Below are positions 11,538-23,536 of a stretch of 37,711 bases of DNA, in pieces (position 1 is the stretch's first letter; each line of letters begins with the position of its first letter). Position numbers and translations under genes: made by a program. This DNA comes from Catajapyx aquilonaris (lineage: Eukaryota): positions 1 through 37,711 of the forward strand of contig JYFJ02003870.1 in NCBI GenBank assembly GCA_000934665.2, in the 5' to 3' direction. The notes beneath the pieces were generated by a model, which did not search any database, was not told the DNA's origin, and saw only the letters and a list, made by a program, of their open reading frames with translations.

Positions 11538-12103
11538 GTGCAGAACATCTCGGTGAAGCTCCGCTGTTTCTCTACATCGATGGATGGACTGATGTATGGG
11601 GGCGAGTCCCTCGAGCTTCCATCCTCAGAGTCTGACCAACTCTGGTCAGAGTTGTAGTCTTTTAGGATTCGTTCCTTCCTAGGCCGAGCCTTTTCGACTC
11701 CCTCTGTCAGGAACCTCAGTTGCGGTAACATATCGACGAGTGACCGATGTTTCTGCGTGGGCTCATTGACGTCCATGTAAGAACTGTAGTCACTTAATGT
11801 ATCTGTCTCCGAGGTGGGAGTGTAAGAATCGGCCAAGTAGTCCTCCATGGCCATTGAGGCCAGTTTCCTGACAACTGCTTGCCACTGCTCAGCGTTTAAG
11901 CTCCGATCGAACTCAGCATCAAAGGCGGTACCGAAAGTCACACCTGATACGGCCTTCCAGAATCCATCCTCCATTTCCTCCTTACTTGTCACCGATGGGC
12001 TAGCAGTCAATTCGTCCAGGTCGACGTGGCTGCTCGTTCCACTATAGGATGACTTGATCTCAAAGTCGTCTGGGCAATCTTGACACATTTGATCTGCAAC
12101 CTC
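11538..12103 (-). CDS. FAM47-like protein, coding exon 3 (acidic, Ser-rich)
   Basis: Acceptor tatttgcag|GAG, donor AC|gtgagc, 566 nt open, phase 0 to 2. Confidence 0.85.
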
Positions 12104-13189
12104 CTGCAAATATGCATAGCCAGGCATGACGGTATGGGTTAATAATGCATCTTACTGTGTAAGTAACACAATACAAAGGAACTTATTTTTCAGATCTTAT
12201 TTTTCAAGCAACCATTATGGTTACCGGCATGTGCCATGAAGGGGTCATTTCTTGTGTAATTACCATTTGTGGTCTAGGCATGGATAGACATTTGCTAAAG
12301 GGGCATATTGAGTGTGGCAATGAAATTGTTATTATTTTTCCAGCCACAATTTCCTGGATCACTGGATAGTGAGTTGTGCTTCTTTTCCTGCTCATTCTGC
12401 ACCCTGCCATGGACCCCGGCCCATCTACTCAAAACACAAAATTGGGAATTTTTTTGGCATATGCCCCTCTTCTTCCCAACGTTTACATGACCAGCAAATG
12501 TCGGGTAATGGCCCATTTATTGCAATAATGAGAATGCTAGTGGTGCAGCTATCTCAAAACTTTTAATACTACAAGTGTGTCAAATTATTAAGACAGTATT
12601 TTATACTGTGCATTGTGAAGGTGTGCGAAGTATGCTTACATTCTCATCTCTTATAATAAAGCACAAAGTGACTCTGTATGCATGTATAACCAGGCTACCT
12701 AACCCACTTCCACACCTCCGTTGTTGTCCCCCCCCCCCCCCCCCCCCCCCNCCCCCCGCCTCCCCCCGCCCCGGGTTTAGTTGCTATTTTTCCCCCTATT
12801 TTGTTGCGTTGAGTTGGGTTTTTTCAAACCCCATACTTTTAAAAAGCGTGTTTGGCAGCTTCCCTTTATTTTATCCATTTCGTGTGCTTTTGTTGGCCTT
12901 TTTTATTCCACTGGCTACCAGCTTTCCTCCATTTTATCCAGCAGCCCTATACCACCTCTATCCCAACACTTCACAGGTGCCCCTCTTGGCGCATTGATAT
13001 TTTTTTAATTTTGACGATTCACACAAGGTTGCTGACTTTTCTGTGTCTCCGGACATTGCTTATTTTTTGTTGTCTATCGTTTATCGTTGCCGTTTCTTGC
13101 TTTTTTGTTGCTCTGCTCTGAAATGGCAGTGGTACGCTCTTTGTCAGCATCATCCCTACCAACGTTGTGCCTGTCAGATACCACATCAC

Positions 13190-14483
13190 CACCTTCCAGG
13201 CCTCATTATATATCTTACAGAACAAATTGCAGACCATAGTCGGTAAATCTCTCAAGGACTATGACCTCCCTCTTCCCCATAATCAGGCACCCTCTGACAT
13301 AGATATTTGCGTGAAACCACACATGATTCTTGCTTAAATATGTTGAAGAAAATGAGTGCAGATTGATCAAGGATCAACTTACAGCTTACACCACTATTCT
13401 TGCAAGTGTGGAAGGCAATATGGGGAAGATAATTCTTCCGGGATGCCCCAGGGGGGACGGGAAAGACTTTCCTTATCAATCTCTTGCTGGCAAGAATTCG
13501 ATCAAGGAAAGGCATTTCCATCGGGAATCACCGCGCTGCCACTCTGATGCAAGGTGGTCGTACTGCTCACTCTGCTTTCAAATTGTCTTTTAATCTGGGG
13601 TATGCTGAGAGCCCTGTCTGCAACATCGCGAATGGGACACCTCCGGCCAGAGTTTTGCAGGACTGCAGCATCATATTTTGGGATGAGTGTACCATGACTC
13701 ACAAGGGAGGAGCGGAATCTTTGAACAGGACGCTGCAGGACGTACGAGATTCTGACCAGGTCATGGGAGGTGTCACTGTCGTCCTGTCGGGTGATTTTCG
13801 ACAAACTCTACCTGTCAGTCAGAGAGGCACCAGGCGTCCATCAAATACTCCTCCATATGGAGTCAAGTTCAGACACTTACTGTGAATATGCGGGTACACT
13901 TGAATGGGGACTCATCAGCCGGTGATTTTGCAAGCTTGCTGTTGGAAATCGGTAACGGCAGAGTGCCTGAAGAGGATGGCGTAATCCAAGTGACGGATGA
14001 TATGGGGCACGTTGTCCACACCTTTGAGGATCTAATTTCCAACGTCTATCCTGATTTAGCCACGCTCAGTCTGCAGTCACAAACGTGGCTCTGTGAACGA
14101 GCCATTTTGACTTAAAAGAACGACACTGTTGACTACATAAACCATTTTCTCCTATGCAAGTGTCCGGGTGAGGAAGCCCCCACGTGTCAGTTGACAGTGT
14201 CGTAAATCAAGATGACGCTGTCAACTCTCATCCTTAATCCTCTCATCCCGAGTGACTACCCCTTCCAGTTCAGACGCCTGCAGTTTCCTGTCAAACTGTG
14301 CTTTGCCATTACCATCAAAAAGGCACAAGGGCAATCCCTCGGAGTGGCGGGGATAGATTTGAGGGAGCCATGTTTCTCCCATGGCCAGTTTTACGTAGCG
14401 TGCTCAAACAACCTGTACATATAGCCTATGCACCTCCCACTGGCAAGACCCGAAACGTTGTGTATAAGGAGGCGCTGACATAA
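13190..14483 (+). mobile_element. Degenerate Helitron Rep/Hel, PIF1-like helicase portion
   Basis: Frameshifted motifs GKSLKDYDLP, APGGTGKTFL, GGRTAHSAFKL, IFWDECTM, LSGDFRQTLPV, NMRV, RRLQFPVKLCFAITIKKAQGQSL, FSHGQFYVACS, TRNVVYKEAL. Confidence 0.92.
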
Positions 14484-15240
14484 TGGGGTACTTTTAACTT
14501 TCATTTTTGTCGTCAAAATGTTTACGTGGCCTGTGTTTTCTCTCTTGCTGACAGTGTTCGTGTCTTTTTAGATTCTCTGATGTGCTGCTTGCTTTTTTGT
14601 ACATTTGTAAATTTTTTTTGTACATACAATATTAGTCGTACAAAAATTGTTGCCAAGGTATGGTGTCCTTTGCATCTCATTATGCTCTTAATTTTTGAAG
14701 ATGTCCTTTCGGGCACCAACATGGTGATTTATTCTCTCTGCATAGTTTTACCTATACAGAAAATGTCTTTGTTGTGTGGTTTCCCTTCTTTGCCAATTAT
14801 GTTCCTGCGTAGTACATTTGCGTTATGTTGGAATATGTCACTGCGATATGTTCTAACCAGGCTTATATAGTGTTTATAACTTTGCACTTCCCCGTTCCCC
14901 CAATCCCCCCCTCCCCGCCCCAGTTTTTCATCAGACCAGCAGAAAGATGGGTGGGAACAGTGTCATCAAAATTTCCAATTATCACAGCGGGAATTTCCAG
15001 AAATTGGATTTGCTTTTGTTTTTGCACATGCAGTTAGAGTAATCGGACAGCTCCCTCATGGGTAGTAAATCCCTGAGTCAACTAGGGCAATTTCTTCTCA
15101 TTCAGATTAATATTATCGCCGTAGAAAGTAACCACCTTTAGGAACAACTTCACATCGATCCTAATATCAGCAAGAGCTAATAACTGATATCAGTGGGTAA
15201 TAATAGTGATTCTTGATTCTGTTGTTTAAAAAAAATTATA

Positions 15241-15373
15241 CAGGGTGGCCCTAGACCTAGAGGCTGAACTCATAGGTAATTTTATTGTAGCCTATTGTTG
15301 GTTGACAATATATTGGCAACCTGGCAACTAACAATACAATCTAATAATGTGTCCAGACTTTAGGGTCACCCTG
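15241..15373. mobile_element. Small Tc1/mariner-type MITE
   Basis: TA|CAGGGTGGCCCTA...TAGGGTCACCCTG|TA. Confidence 0.75.
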
Positions 15374-15408
15374 TAGTCCATAAGCATGTGTGGGAAAGTC
15401 TATCGTTT

Positions 15409-16705
15409 ATCCGCACCTAGCGACGCGGCGGGGTTGGGCGGGCGGGGCTGGCTCCAAACATGTTGGCTACGCGTCGCAAACATTCGGTTGCCTGGAGAGC
15501 ACAACAAGGGCGTCTTCTTACCCCTGCCACGCGAACCGATCAGACGAGTGCTGGGACCACGGTGTTAATGAAGGAGGTGGCAAATTTGAATACCACGAGG
15601 GTTGCTGATGCAGTCCGTTAACCCAAAGAACGACATGATGTCACAGCAGCTCTGTTTTCTGAGCATGCTAGTAGTAGCCTATGCCTGCAGAGTGAGGGGA
15701 GAGCCGAGTGGAAGCGGGCGGAACGTGACGTCATGTCGTTCGTTGGTTTAACGGACCGTGTGAAGGTAAACTTCGCGCTTGGCAAAGCCACAATAACGTT
15801 CGTTGGCCTGCGGCGCACAATGAGACCCGCATTGTTGGCGTATACAAACCCACAATAAGCGCCCAGCTCCGCTATCGCTCCGCAAAAACTAAAAATATCA
15901 CGCACTGGCGACGTACCGTGCCTGGCAGGGCCACAACAATGGACAGTACTGTTGCGGTAACAAAAAGCCATACAGCATCACCAAGACAAATGGCTATTCC
16001 ATCCCGAGTTCCATCCTATAATCAGCTCAAAATCTGTCTCGAATAGAATATCCCAGAAGACCCGAAAAGAAGAATAAAGCACTGTTACATGTAACAAGTT
16101 TTTTATGTTTTTTGTTTTTTTTAAAAAAAAAAGAATACAGCTTCAAGCAAACAGACCCAAATCCCATGAATGGATTCAGTTCTTGTCCTTTTCATCTCCC
16201 TCTGCCACAGATACTCGACCAAGTGAAGGAAACCGTATTCCCTGCTTGTTACACCTCCAATACACGTTTCCATCTGCAGCAAAAATTTAGGAAGATATGA
16301 CAGTGATAGAAATAATTATGAAAATGACCTTGACACTTACCAGGCTCGTCATACACGTAGGCCCCCTCTCCGCACATCGTTCGCAATTACAAGTCTTGCC
16401 GACACGACCCACCTCCATACACCACCCTGGTCTTCATGCCATTGAGGAAAAATTATCAGGGGTACATGTCAGTAGTTGGTCATGAACACACTCCGTCACG
16501 ACCTGGCGACCTCATCGAACAGACTCCGTCAAGTCGCAGCGACCCACCAACACAGGCTGTACTGTGGTTTGCCAAGACATATCAACCACGATAGCAACCG
16601 TGAAGGCATTTGAATTTGGCAGCAGTAGGCTATCAAGGCACCCGATTGTTTGCGACGCACCGTTGCCAACCGCCCAACCCCGACCGCGTTGTTAAGGTGC
16701 GAATC
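15409..16705. mobile_element. Old DNA transposon with diverged long inverted ends and a possible THAP relic
   Basis: 15409-15500 (CGCACCTAGCGACGCGGCGGGTTGGGCGG...GCGTCGCAAACATTCGGTTGCCT) matches the reverse complement of about 16630-16705. Confidence 0.55.
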
Positions 16706-16720
16706 ACGTTGAGTGATATA

Positions 16721-16758
16721 TCCTCCTGAGACCTGATGTCCAATATTATATTGGACAT

Positions 16759-16793
<35 letters not shown>

Positions 16794-16860
16794 NTTTTTT
16801 TTTTTTTTTTTTTTTTTTTTGCTGATGTCCAATATATTTGGACATCAGGTCTCAGGAGGA
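16721..16860. repeat. Palindrome with polyA-N-polyT core; each arm is itself a hairpin
   Basis: TCCTCCTGAGACCTGATGTCCAATA..TTGGACATCAGC-A(n)-N-T(n)-inverse copy, flanked by TA. Confidence 0.85.
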
Positions 16861-17323
16861 TAAACATATCACCAGCAACGTACACCCTCACTGGACCGAT
16901 TGCCTTTCCTTCCCCAAAAGCACTTTTGTGTGGAATCATGTGCAGATTATAATTTTGTCATGAGTATGGGAGCCGTCGTCATGGGATGAAAATAATATAT
17001 TGAGGTCCACTCATGCAGCCAAGCCAACTTTGGATGGTCATTTTAACATTTCAATTTGAACTTCGGAAAGTTTCTGTAGGCAAAAGCAGAGGCTGTGTGA
17101 AGAGTCCTTTACAAAAATGGGTTGAACTAGCAATGCCGCTCCCCAGGAGAAAATGAGCATCCTCTTTCATAACCCAACCAGGAGTAGTAGGCTTCATCCT
17201 CAGAATAGTACCGACACATTACTCACACAATTTTTAGGTACCCTACCTTGTTGATTTGTTGACAGTCATAGTTGCCCAATGTCCCCTCAGTACTACACGT
17301 AATACCGAGTATAAAGCCAAGTA

Positions 17324-18219
17324 CAGTAAAACTTCAATGTCGAACTTCCCTAAGTCGAAGTTCTCTATAAGTCAAAGAAAATGATGAGCTTGGTTGGTCA
17401 CAATGTAAAATAATAGAAAATAAACTTCCCTAACTGGAATTTCCATAACTCGAAGTTCTCCATAAGTCGAAGTGCAGGCAGGGCCTTACGATGGGATATT
17501 ATTATATTTATTATTTTTATTTATTTCATACCCCGTGCTAGAGCCTTTGGCTCCCTTAGGGGGGTGGATTACCACCATTGCATGAGACCAGGAATAGGGA
17601 AGGAAGCGGCTGTAGCATATTTTTACGGAAACGACCCCGGAATTGTCCTTGGAGGGACCATGGAAAACCACAGAAAACCATGGTCAGGGTCGCCGGCCCT
17701 GGGATTCGAACCCAGGACCTCCCGATTAGCAGGCGGGCTCCTTATCCCCTACACCAACCTGCTTCAGTCTTACAATGGGATATCAATGCATTTTCAGTCT
17801 CCCTAAGTCGAAGTTCATGTTGGCGAGTACGGAGAATAGTCTCATTTCCCAGCCGAAGGGTAGAGCGTAGGCCACGTGTGCAGAAAGGCTCAATTTCCTG
17901 ATCTCCGTCTACCAGACGTACCGAAAGAAGTGTTTGACTCGATTGTGACAATTGAATCATTGAATCTAAGAGTCTTAGGCAAATGTCCATATAATAGGGT
18001 CCATAACAGAGTTTTTTTTACACCAAAACAACGAGGAGCATTGCAATTGTGATAGTGACATTATTTTAGAGTTTTGAACACCTTTCGTCGCTGGATATAA
18101 AGATAGGCTTCCTTGTAGAGTTATGTGCTTAAAAAATCCCAAACTTCTCTAACTCGAATCTTCTACAACTCTAAGTTTTTCCCCGGTCCCATGGAGATTC
18201 GACTTATAGAAGTTTACTG
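17324..18219. mobile_element. pogo/Tigger-like MITE carrying a nested SINE
   Basis: TA|CAGTAAAACTTC...GAAGTTTACTG|TA, with subterminal TAAGTCGAA/TAACTCGAA repeats. Confidence 0.8.
17500..17768 (-). mobile_element. tRNA-derived SINE, family D
   Basis: B box GGTTCGAATCC on minus, A-rich tail, TSD CTTACRATGGGATAT at 17485-17499 and 17769-17783. Confidence 0.85.
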
Positions 18220-18228
18220 TATATATAC

Positions 18229-18387
18229 CTGCTTCACTCGAGCCTCCATCTCCTCTAGCTCTCTGACTTTCACTGCCTGGGCCTTCTGCTTAGCCAGCTG
18301 GTTCTTTTCTGCGACAGTCAACTTCGGGGCCCGTTTCCAGGATGGCATTTTCTGCTTGTTCCCCTTGACCAGCTTTTCGTCTTGAAT
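18229..18387 (-). CDS. FAM47-like protein, coding exon 2 (basic, likely coiled-coil)
   Basis: Acceptor ggttcag|ATT, donor CAG|gtatat, 159 nt open, phase 0 to 0. Encodes IQDEKLVKGNKQKMPSWKRAPK...EARVKQ. Confidence 0.75.
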
Positions 18388-18466
18388 CTGAACCAGACAA
18401 CATCCTCAACTGTTACATCAGGGTGCTGTGCTAATGATTAGGTACTGCTCATAGGGACAACCTCAC

Positions 18467-18484
18467 CTGCGAAAAATCCTCCAT
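18467..18484 (-). CDS. FAM47-like protein, putative first coding exon (MEDFSQ)
   Basis: Kozak context gccATGG, donor CAG|gtgagg, 79-nt intron in phase with exon 2. Confidence 0.65.
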
Positions 18485-19115
18485 GGCTGATTGGTTCCAC
18501 AATTACACTACAGCACCATAAAAGGGCTGTCTCACTTAAAATCGCTGCATAAAAAACAAACTAAGGCTGTTACTAGCCAACAGAGCCTATTCTTGATCAA
18601 ACCCTCTCTATTGGCTCTTCTGAGATCATTCCATTGTCTCTGCCACAAGAGATCAGACACGGCATCAGAACACTGTAAATTATTAGTGTCATGAGCAATC
18701 TTCGATAGGAAGCAATGTCGCACCAGTTGATGGACTTGACAACTTTCCATCCCAATAAGCTGGGATGCCAGAAATTGAAGGACCTGCCATATGTGATTCT
18801 GCTCTGATGATAAAAAGAAAATGGAACTAATTAGAGTAACATAATTATTGTGCGCTCTTGAAAAAAGCATTATGCATGATAGAGTTTTTTGTTTGTTACC
18901 TTTTTTATAATTTTCTTGTTTTGGAACACAGGAACTATGGCTTCTGCATTTTGATTAATTTTTACTGCCACACAATCCATGTTTATCCACTTTAGTTTGC
19001 TTTGACACTAATTCCTTCCTGGAAAAGTAACCACTCCTACACATCAGTTTTTTCAACAGTGTTGTGGTAATAAATTGTTCATGAAAGCCAGGCATCACAG
19101 GAAAGACTATTTATA

Positions 19116-19547
19116 TAGGGTGAAGGGAAACTCGCGCCCAATCGCCAGGTAGACTGATAGTACTCGCAAAACTAATACTGTATAGGGATGTGCAATTAGT
19201 TTTGGATGCCAGTGCGTAGTTTAAAGTGTAGAGGGCCAGGTGGTAAAATATGAGGTAAAAATGACAAAGTGCACGGGTGTTGCACCCGGATTCTTACTCT
19301 GCCGGGATTTGATCGCCTATTTGCACATGGACGATGTGTTAGGGGACCAAGGCCGGATTATTCAGAGGCTCTCCAGCTGGCATTTGCTTCTTTGAAACTG
19401 GCGGAGTGGATGTGACATCATGAAACTTTAAAGGCGCCGTAGCATTAACTACGCTATGGTGCCCAAAACTAATTGCACATCCCTCTATTATTTTTGCGAG
19501 TACTATAAGTTTACCTGGCGATTGGGCGCGAGTTTCCCTTCACCATG
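19116..19547. mobile_element. Tc1/mariner-type MITE
   Basis: About 100-bp TIRs (GGTGAAGGGAAACTCGCGCCCAATCGCCAGGT... and inverse), with TA flanks. Confidence 0.85.
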
Positions 19548-19634
19548 TATAGTTCTATGAAACCACCTGCCATGCAAAAATATCTGACAACATTTGGACT
19601 TAGCATGGTGTCATTCAGATGAAGAAATACTTTA

Positions 19635-20330
19635 CGAGGTCGATTTGAAATTTTTGTCCCCTAAGTGATAATTTCATTAATATGCAAGATAATCACAGAA
19701 ACTGTATGTCTGGTGAAAGCTTGGAGTGTCCTCTACCCACCATCCCAATCCACACACATGCGCCAAGTCGGACCAGTTGTTGCATCCCATCAGAGAAGGA
19801 TTCAGGCGTCTTCTCCCAGCACCAGTGATGCACCCCTCCACATCACTGGTGTTAATGGTGTCCCTTCAGGTGTTCTTTCAGCTTCGTGAAAAGGAAAAAG
19901 TCGCATGGTCCGAGACCTGAGTTGTACAGTGGGTGTAGTAAAATGTCATGAAATTTGAGATGCTCCATTTGTTAACTCATGCGTGGACAAGCACTGTCAT
20001 GGTGCAGGAATGTCATACAGCCCAGATCTTGCACCTTGTGACTTTTTCCTTTTCAAAAAGCTGAAAGAACACCTGAAGGGACACCATTACACCAGTGACA
20101 GTGAGGTGCAAGCAGATGTGCATCGCTGGTGCTGGGAGAAGATGCCTGATTTCTTTTCCGCCAGGATGCAACAACTGTGTACGTTGCTAGGAATGATGAC
20201 TACATGAAAAAGTAATGAAACCTCATGGTAGAGGACATTCCAAGCTTTCACAAGATATACAGTTTGGATAAGTACCTTGCGTATTATTGAAATTATCGCA
20301 TATGGGGCAAAACTGTTCAAATCGACCTCT
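19635..20330. mobile_element. Mariner derivative made of two inverted 3' ends
   Basis: Plus strand encodes YSPDLAPCDFFLFKKLKEHLKG (about 20015-20080). The same segment is inverted at about 19740-19935. Ends GAGGTCGATTTGAA...TTCAAATCGACCTC with TA flanks. Confidence 0.88.
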
Positions 20331-21027
20331 TAGTTCCAGTGTTACTGAAAAATACAGAAAATGCAGTACTTAATACTTTTATATGAGTACAATTTATTAT
20401 TGAAATTGTGCTAAATCGGTGTGAAGATAATATTATTCAGGCAGGTTATTCATTGTCATATGCCAGGGTTGTAGAAAGAGCTGGAACTTACCAATTCTCA
20501 GTCTTGCAGTCCAGCTGATGCAGGCAAGTGGTCTGCAGAAATTCTAACTATATGAATTGGAGCTGACTAAGGACACCCCAAATATGCATTGAATTGAGCT
20601 GCACAGATTCAGTGGATGACCTAGCGAATCTAGGTAAGGAAATAAGCAATCAATGAATTGCTGAAGCAAATTATGCGATGATGAATTCAGGCAACTCATA
20701 CAGGGTGTTTCAAATAGATAAGTTAGTAGCACTTTCCTTGCTCTGGGCTGCTTTTTACAGTTACTTTGGAATAGTTACCTTTAGCAGTAGTTATCAAAAC
20801 TATTATCTGCTAATATTTCCCCCAAATAGTATCCATCCCAACTCTGAATTCTAAGTAATTTTCAAGTGGGCATGATCCATTGGAACAATTGGCATTGAAG
20901 GTCAGCTGCAGAACTCATTTCTCTGTAGGCATTAAAAATGACGGGTTCTCTCTTGCACACACACCATAAACTTGTCTACGAATACTTCTGGTAACCAGTA
21001 GCTGTACAAAAGTAACTGCTTAAAACA

Positions 21028-21260
21028 GAGGGAGGCGGAGTGGTGCTGCAGTAACGTTTGCGATAACGTAACGGATGTTAAGGTCCCGGGTTCGATCCCA
21101 GCCCAGAGTTCCCCCCTTCATCTGGTGCAGAGTTGGGCCGTCTCTGGCTTCGTCTCAGGTGTAAATTTCCGCTAGCCTAATCCACCTGGGGGTGTTCACA
21201 AAATGACCAATATGCGACATTGCACTTGTACTTTGCACATCCCCTCCTACTTACCCTTGG
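21028..21260 (+). mobile_element. tRNA-derived SINE, family B (3' part missing)
   Basis: GGGAGGCGGAGTGGTGCTGCAGTAAC head, B box GGTTCGATCCC. Homologous to copies at 24075, 26241 and 36206. Confidence 0.85.
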
Positions 21261-21278
21261 AACAATTACAATAACATC

Positions 21279-21607
21279 GGGGAGGTGTGGTGGCCGAGAT
21301 GGTAACGTCTCAGCTTGCTGTGTGAAAGGCCCCAGGTTCGATCCCCGCCTGGGGAACTTTCCTTTCACCTGCGTCAGGAGGGTCTCTGACCTGCACCAAG
21401 GAGGTGTCTGGCAACCTAACCTCCTGGGGAACACCACACGACCCATTAGCTACGACATTGCACCTTGCACCCATGTTCCCTCCCCAAAAATCCCAATCCA
21501 TTCCCTTTGTCCCTGTTTCCTTGCACCAGTGAATGAAGTGAAAATACACACAGAAAACTGATGGTGGTATGCAACCCCCCTATAGCTCCCGTAAGGGATA
21601 TCACTGG

Positions 21608-21660
<53 letters not shown>
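21279..21660 (+). mobile_element. tRNA-derived SINE, family A, with (AAT)n tail
   Basis: A box TGGCCGAGATGG, B box GGTTCGATCCC, homologous to 149-498. (AAT)n at about 21609-21660. Confidence 0.9.
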
Positions 21661-21663
<3 letters not shown>

Positions 21664-22742
21664 TTTTTAACCTGCTTAAAACAACCAGCTGTTGAAAAGA
21701 CATTTGAATTTCAACACCCTTCATACTGGCTTAATCTGTTGCATTGCTAGAAAACTTTCTGGTTAGAAAAGGGATGGGACACTGGATTACATCATTGTCA
21801 TCTGAGAGTGACATTTCCTGTCACTCTTCCAGTTGAAAATATTATTCTGACACTGGTGCAACAATCCCTCAGCAAATGAAGTATCTGTTGCCATTCCAGA
21901 AGATTTGAAAAGCTCAAATTTTATCATCTTCATATTGCAAATAATGTGGCAAGGTAGAAGGCGACTGCCCCAGTCCCCTTACACACCAAATCATAGGAAA
22001 GTGTCCGTCAGGTGAAATGTCCATCTCAAAATGATCTCAACAAAGTCAGTTTTATGATTTTTACTTTCTTCCATCATGGATTTTTTAAAAAAAATCAACA
22101 TCGCCCACATGGCTTTACAGGCACAAAAGTACACAAAAAAAGCACAATACCTACATCTTCAGCAACAAATATATGACACCAGATATTTTAATAAGTTGGC
22201 CCTCACATGCTACCTGGGACAGCAAAATTTATGCTCAATAGTATGGGGGCAATGTACTGCTTCAGTCTGTGAACCTATTTTGTTACGGGAACATTATCAC
22301 TACATGAAAAGAATGATTAGATGCCCCTGACTGTTAAGAAACTGAACTTCCGCAAAGACTAGAACTGCATTATAGCCATTAATATGGTGCGAAATTAAAA
22401 ATAGACGTTACTGTCAGCCCACCCTCCTAGAGTAACACATTCCCATCTGAAAGGATCTGTATAGAAGCTGCTTTGATGTTTGCGAAAAACAGCTGCCCTA
22501 GGAGGCAAAACAAGCTTCAATTTTGTACTATGGCTTAGAAAACATGGGGAGCCAGGCATTCAGGCATCATTTAAGAATTGGGCAAGCATAGGCTGCATGC
22601 CAATTCTAAAAAGTCACCCAACTTCCTGCAAGCTCACTTTCCACTGGGATTACCCAGGTACCAGAATCACCCTTATTATGACTTACTTTGTACACAATCG
22701 CAAATGTGCATTTGCACTTCACGTTAGCGAAAATCATAAGCA

Positions 22743-22952
22743 GGGTGAGGTGGGGCAATTGTAACAGGGCAATTGTAACACCAAAGGCTTAGTCAACTGA
22801 AAATAATATGGCAACCTTGCTTGACTGACAAGAATCAGTACTCTAGTGGCTACAATGAGCAGGAATATCTGGTTGCCAGATGATTTTTAAAGTTGAATAA
22901 TCCTTTAGTGTCACAATTTACCCATTGTCACAAGTACCCCCACCTCTCTCCC
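22743..22952. mobile_element. Degenerate MITE
   Basis: GAGGTGGGGCAATTGTAACA...GGCAACC pairs with GGTTGCC...TGTCACAAGTACCCCCACCTC. Confidence 0.6.
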
Positions 22953-23536
22953 TCTCTTATTCCCACACACAAACTTCTTTTAAGCTAAAAAAAAAAAGTG
23001 AAAGCAATTTACAGACAACTATTGGGCATCTTAGGGATTTTAAAAAAACTACAATACCAAATAACATCCGATTCACTAAAATGCTGCCCCAAGAGCATAC
23101 CAGGCCTGGTCTGAACACAATGACACGAAAGTAAATATTGTCATAACAAAATCCTGTATCAGCTTCTTTTCCCATCACTTTCATACAAGTTTGCCGATCC
23201 GCAGAAAGAAAGAATCAAATCTTCTAAATAAATTGGGTGTTCAATGACAAGACAGGCTCTACGAATCATGATTTTACCTGACAGCACAACAGTTCAAGTG
23301 ATGATTACAAACGGCAGGAATTCAGCACTCAGTTCTAAGCTCAAAGGATGCTTGCCACGCCACTTCAGAAACTCAGTTATTGTTTCTGGCCGTGTACAGC
23401 CCTTGTGAGAAGTAATCAAACAACTTGTGTACTGCTGAGCCTAACAGGCACATTTGGCCAATCTTCATTGAACATTTCCATAATTCCCACAGGTATCCAA
23501 ATACATAACTCATAAAATTATAAATCATCCTGTTGC

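Noticed and set aside
13330..14483. Functional PIF1 helicase gene
   Set aside because: Multiple frameshifts, stops and deletions; motifs are Helitron-type.
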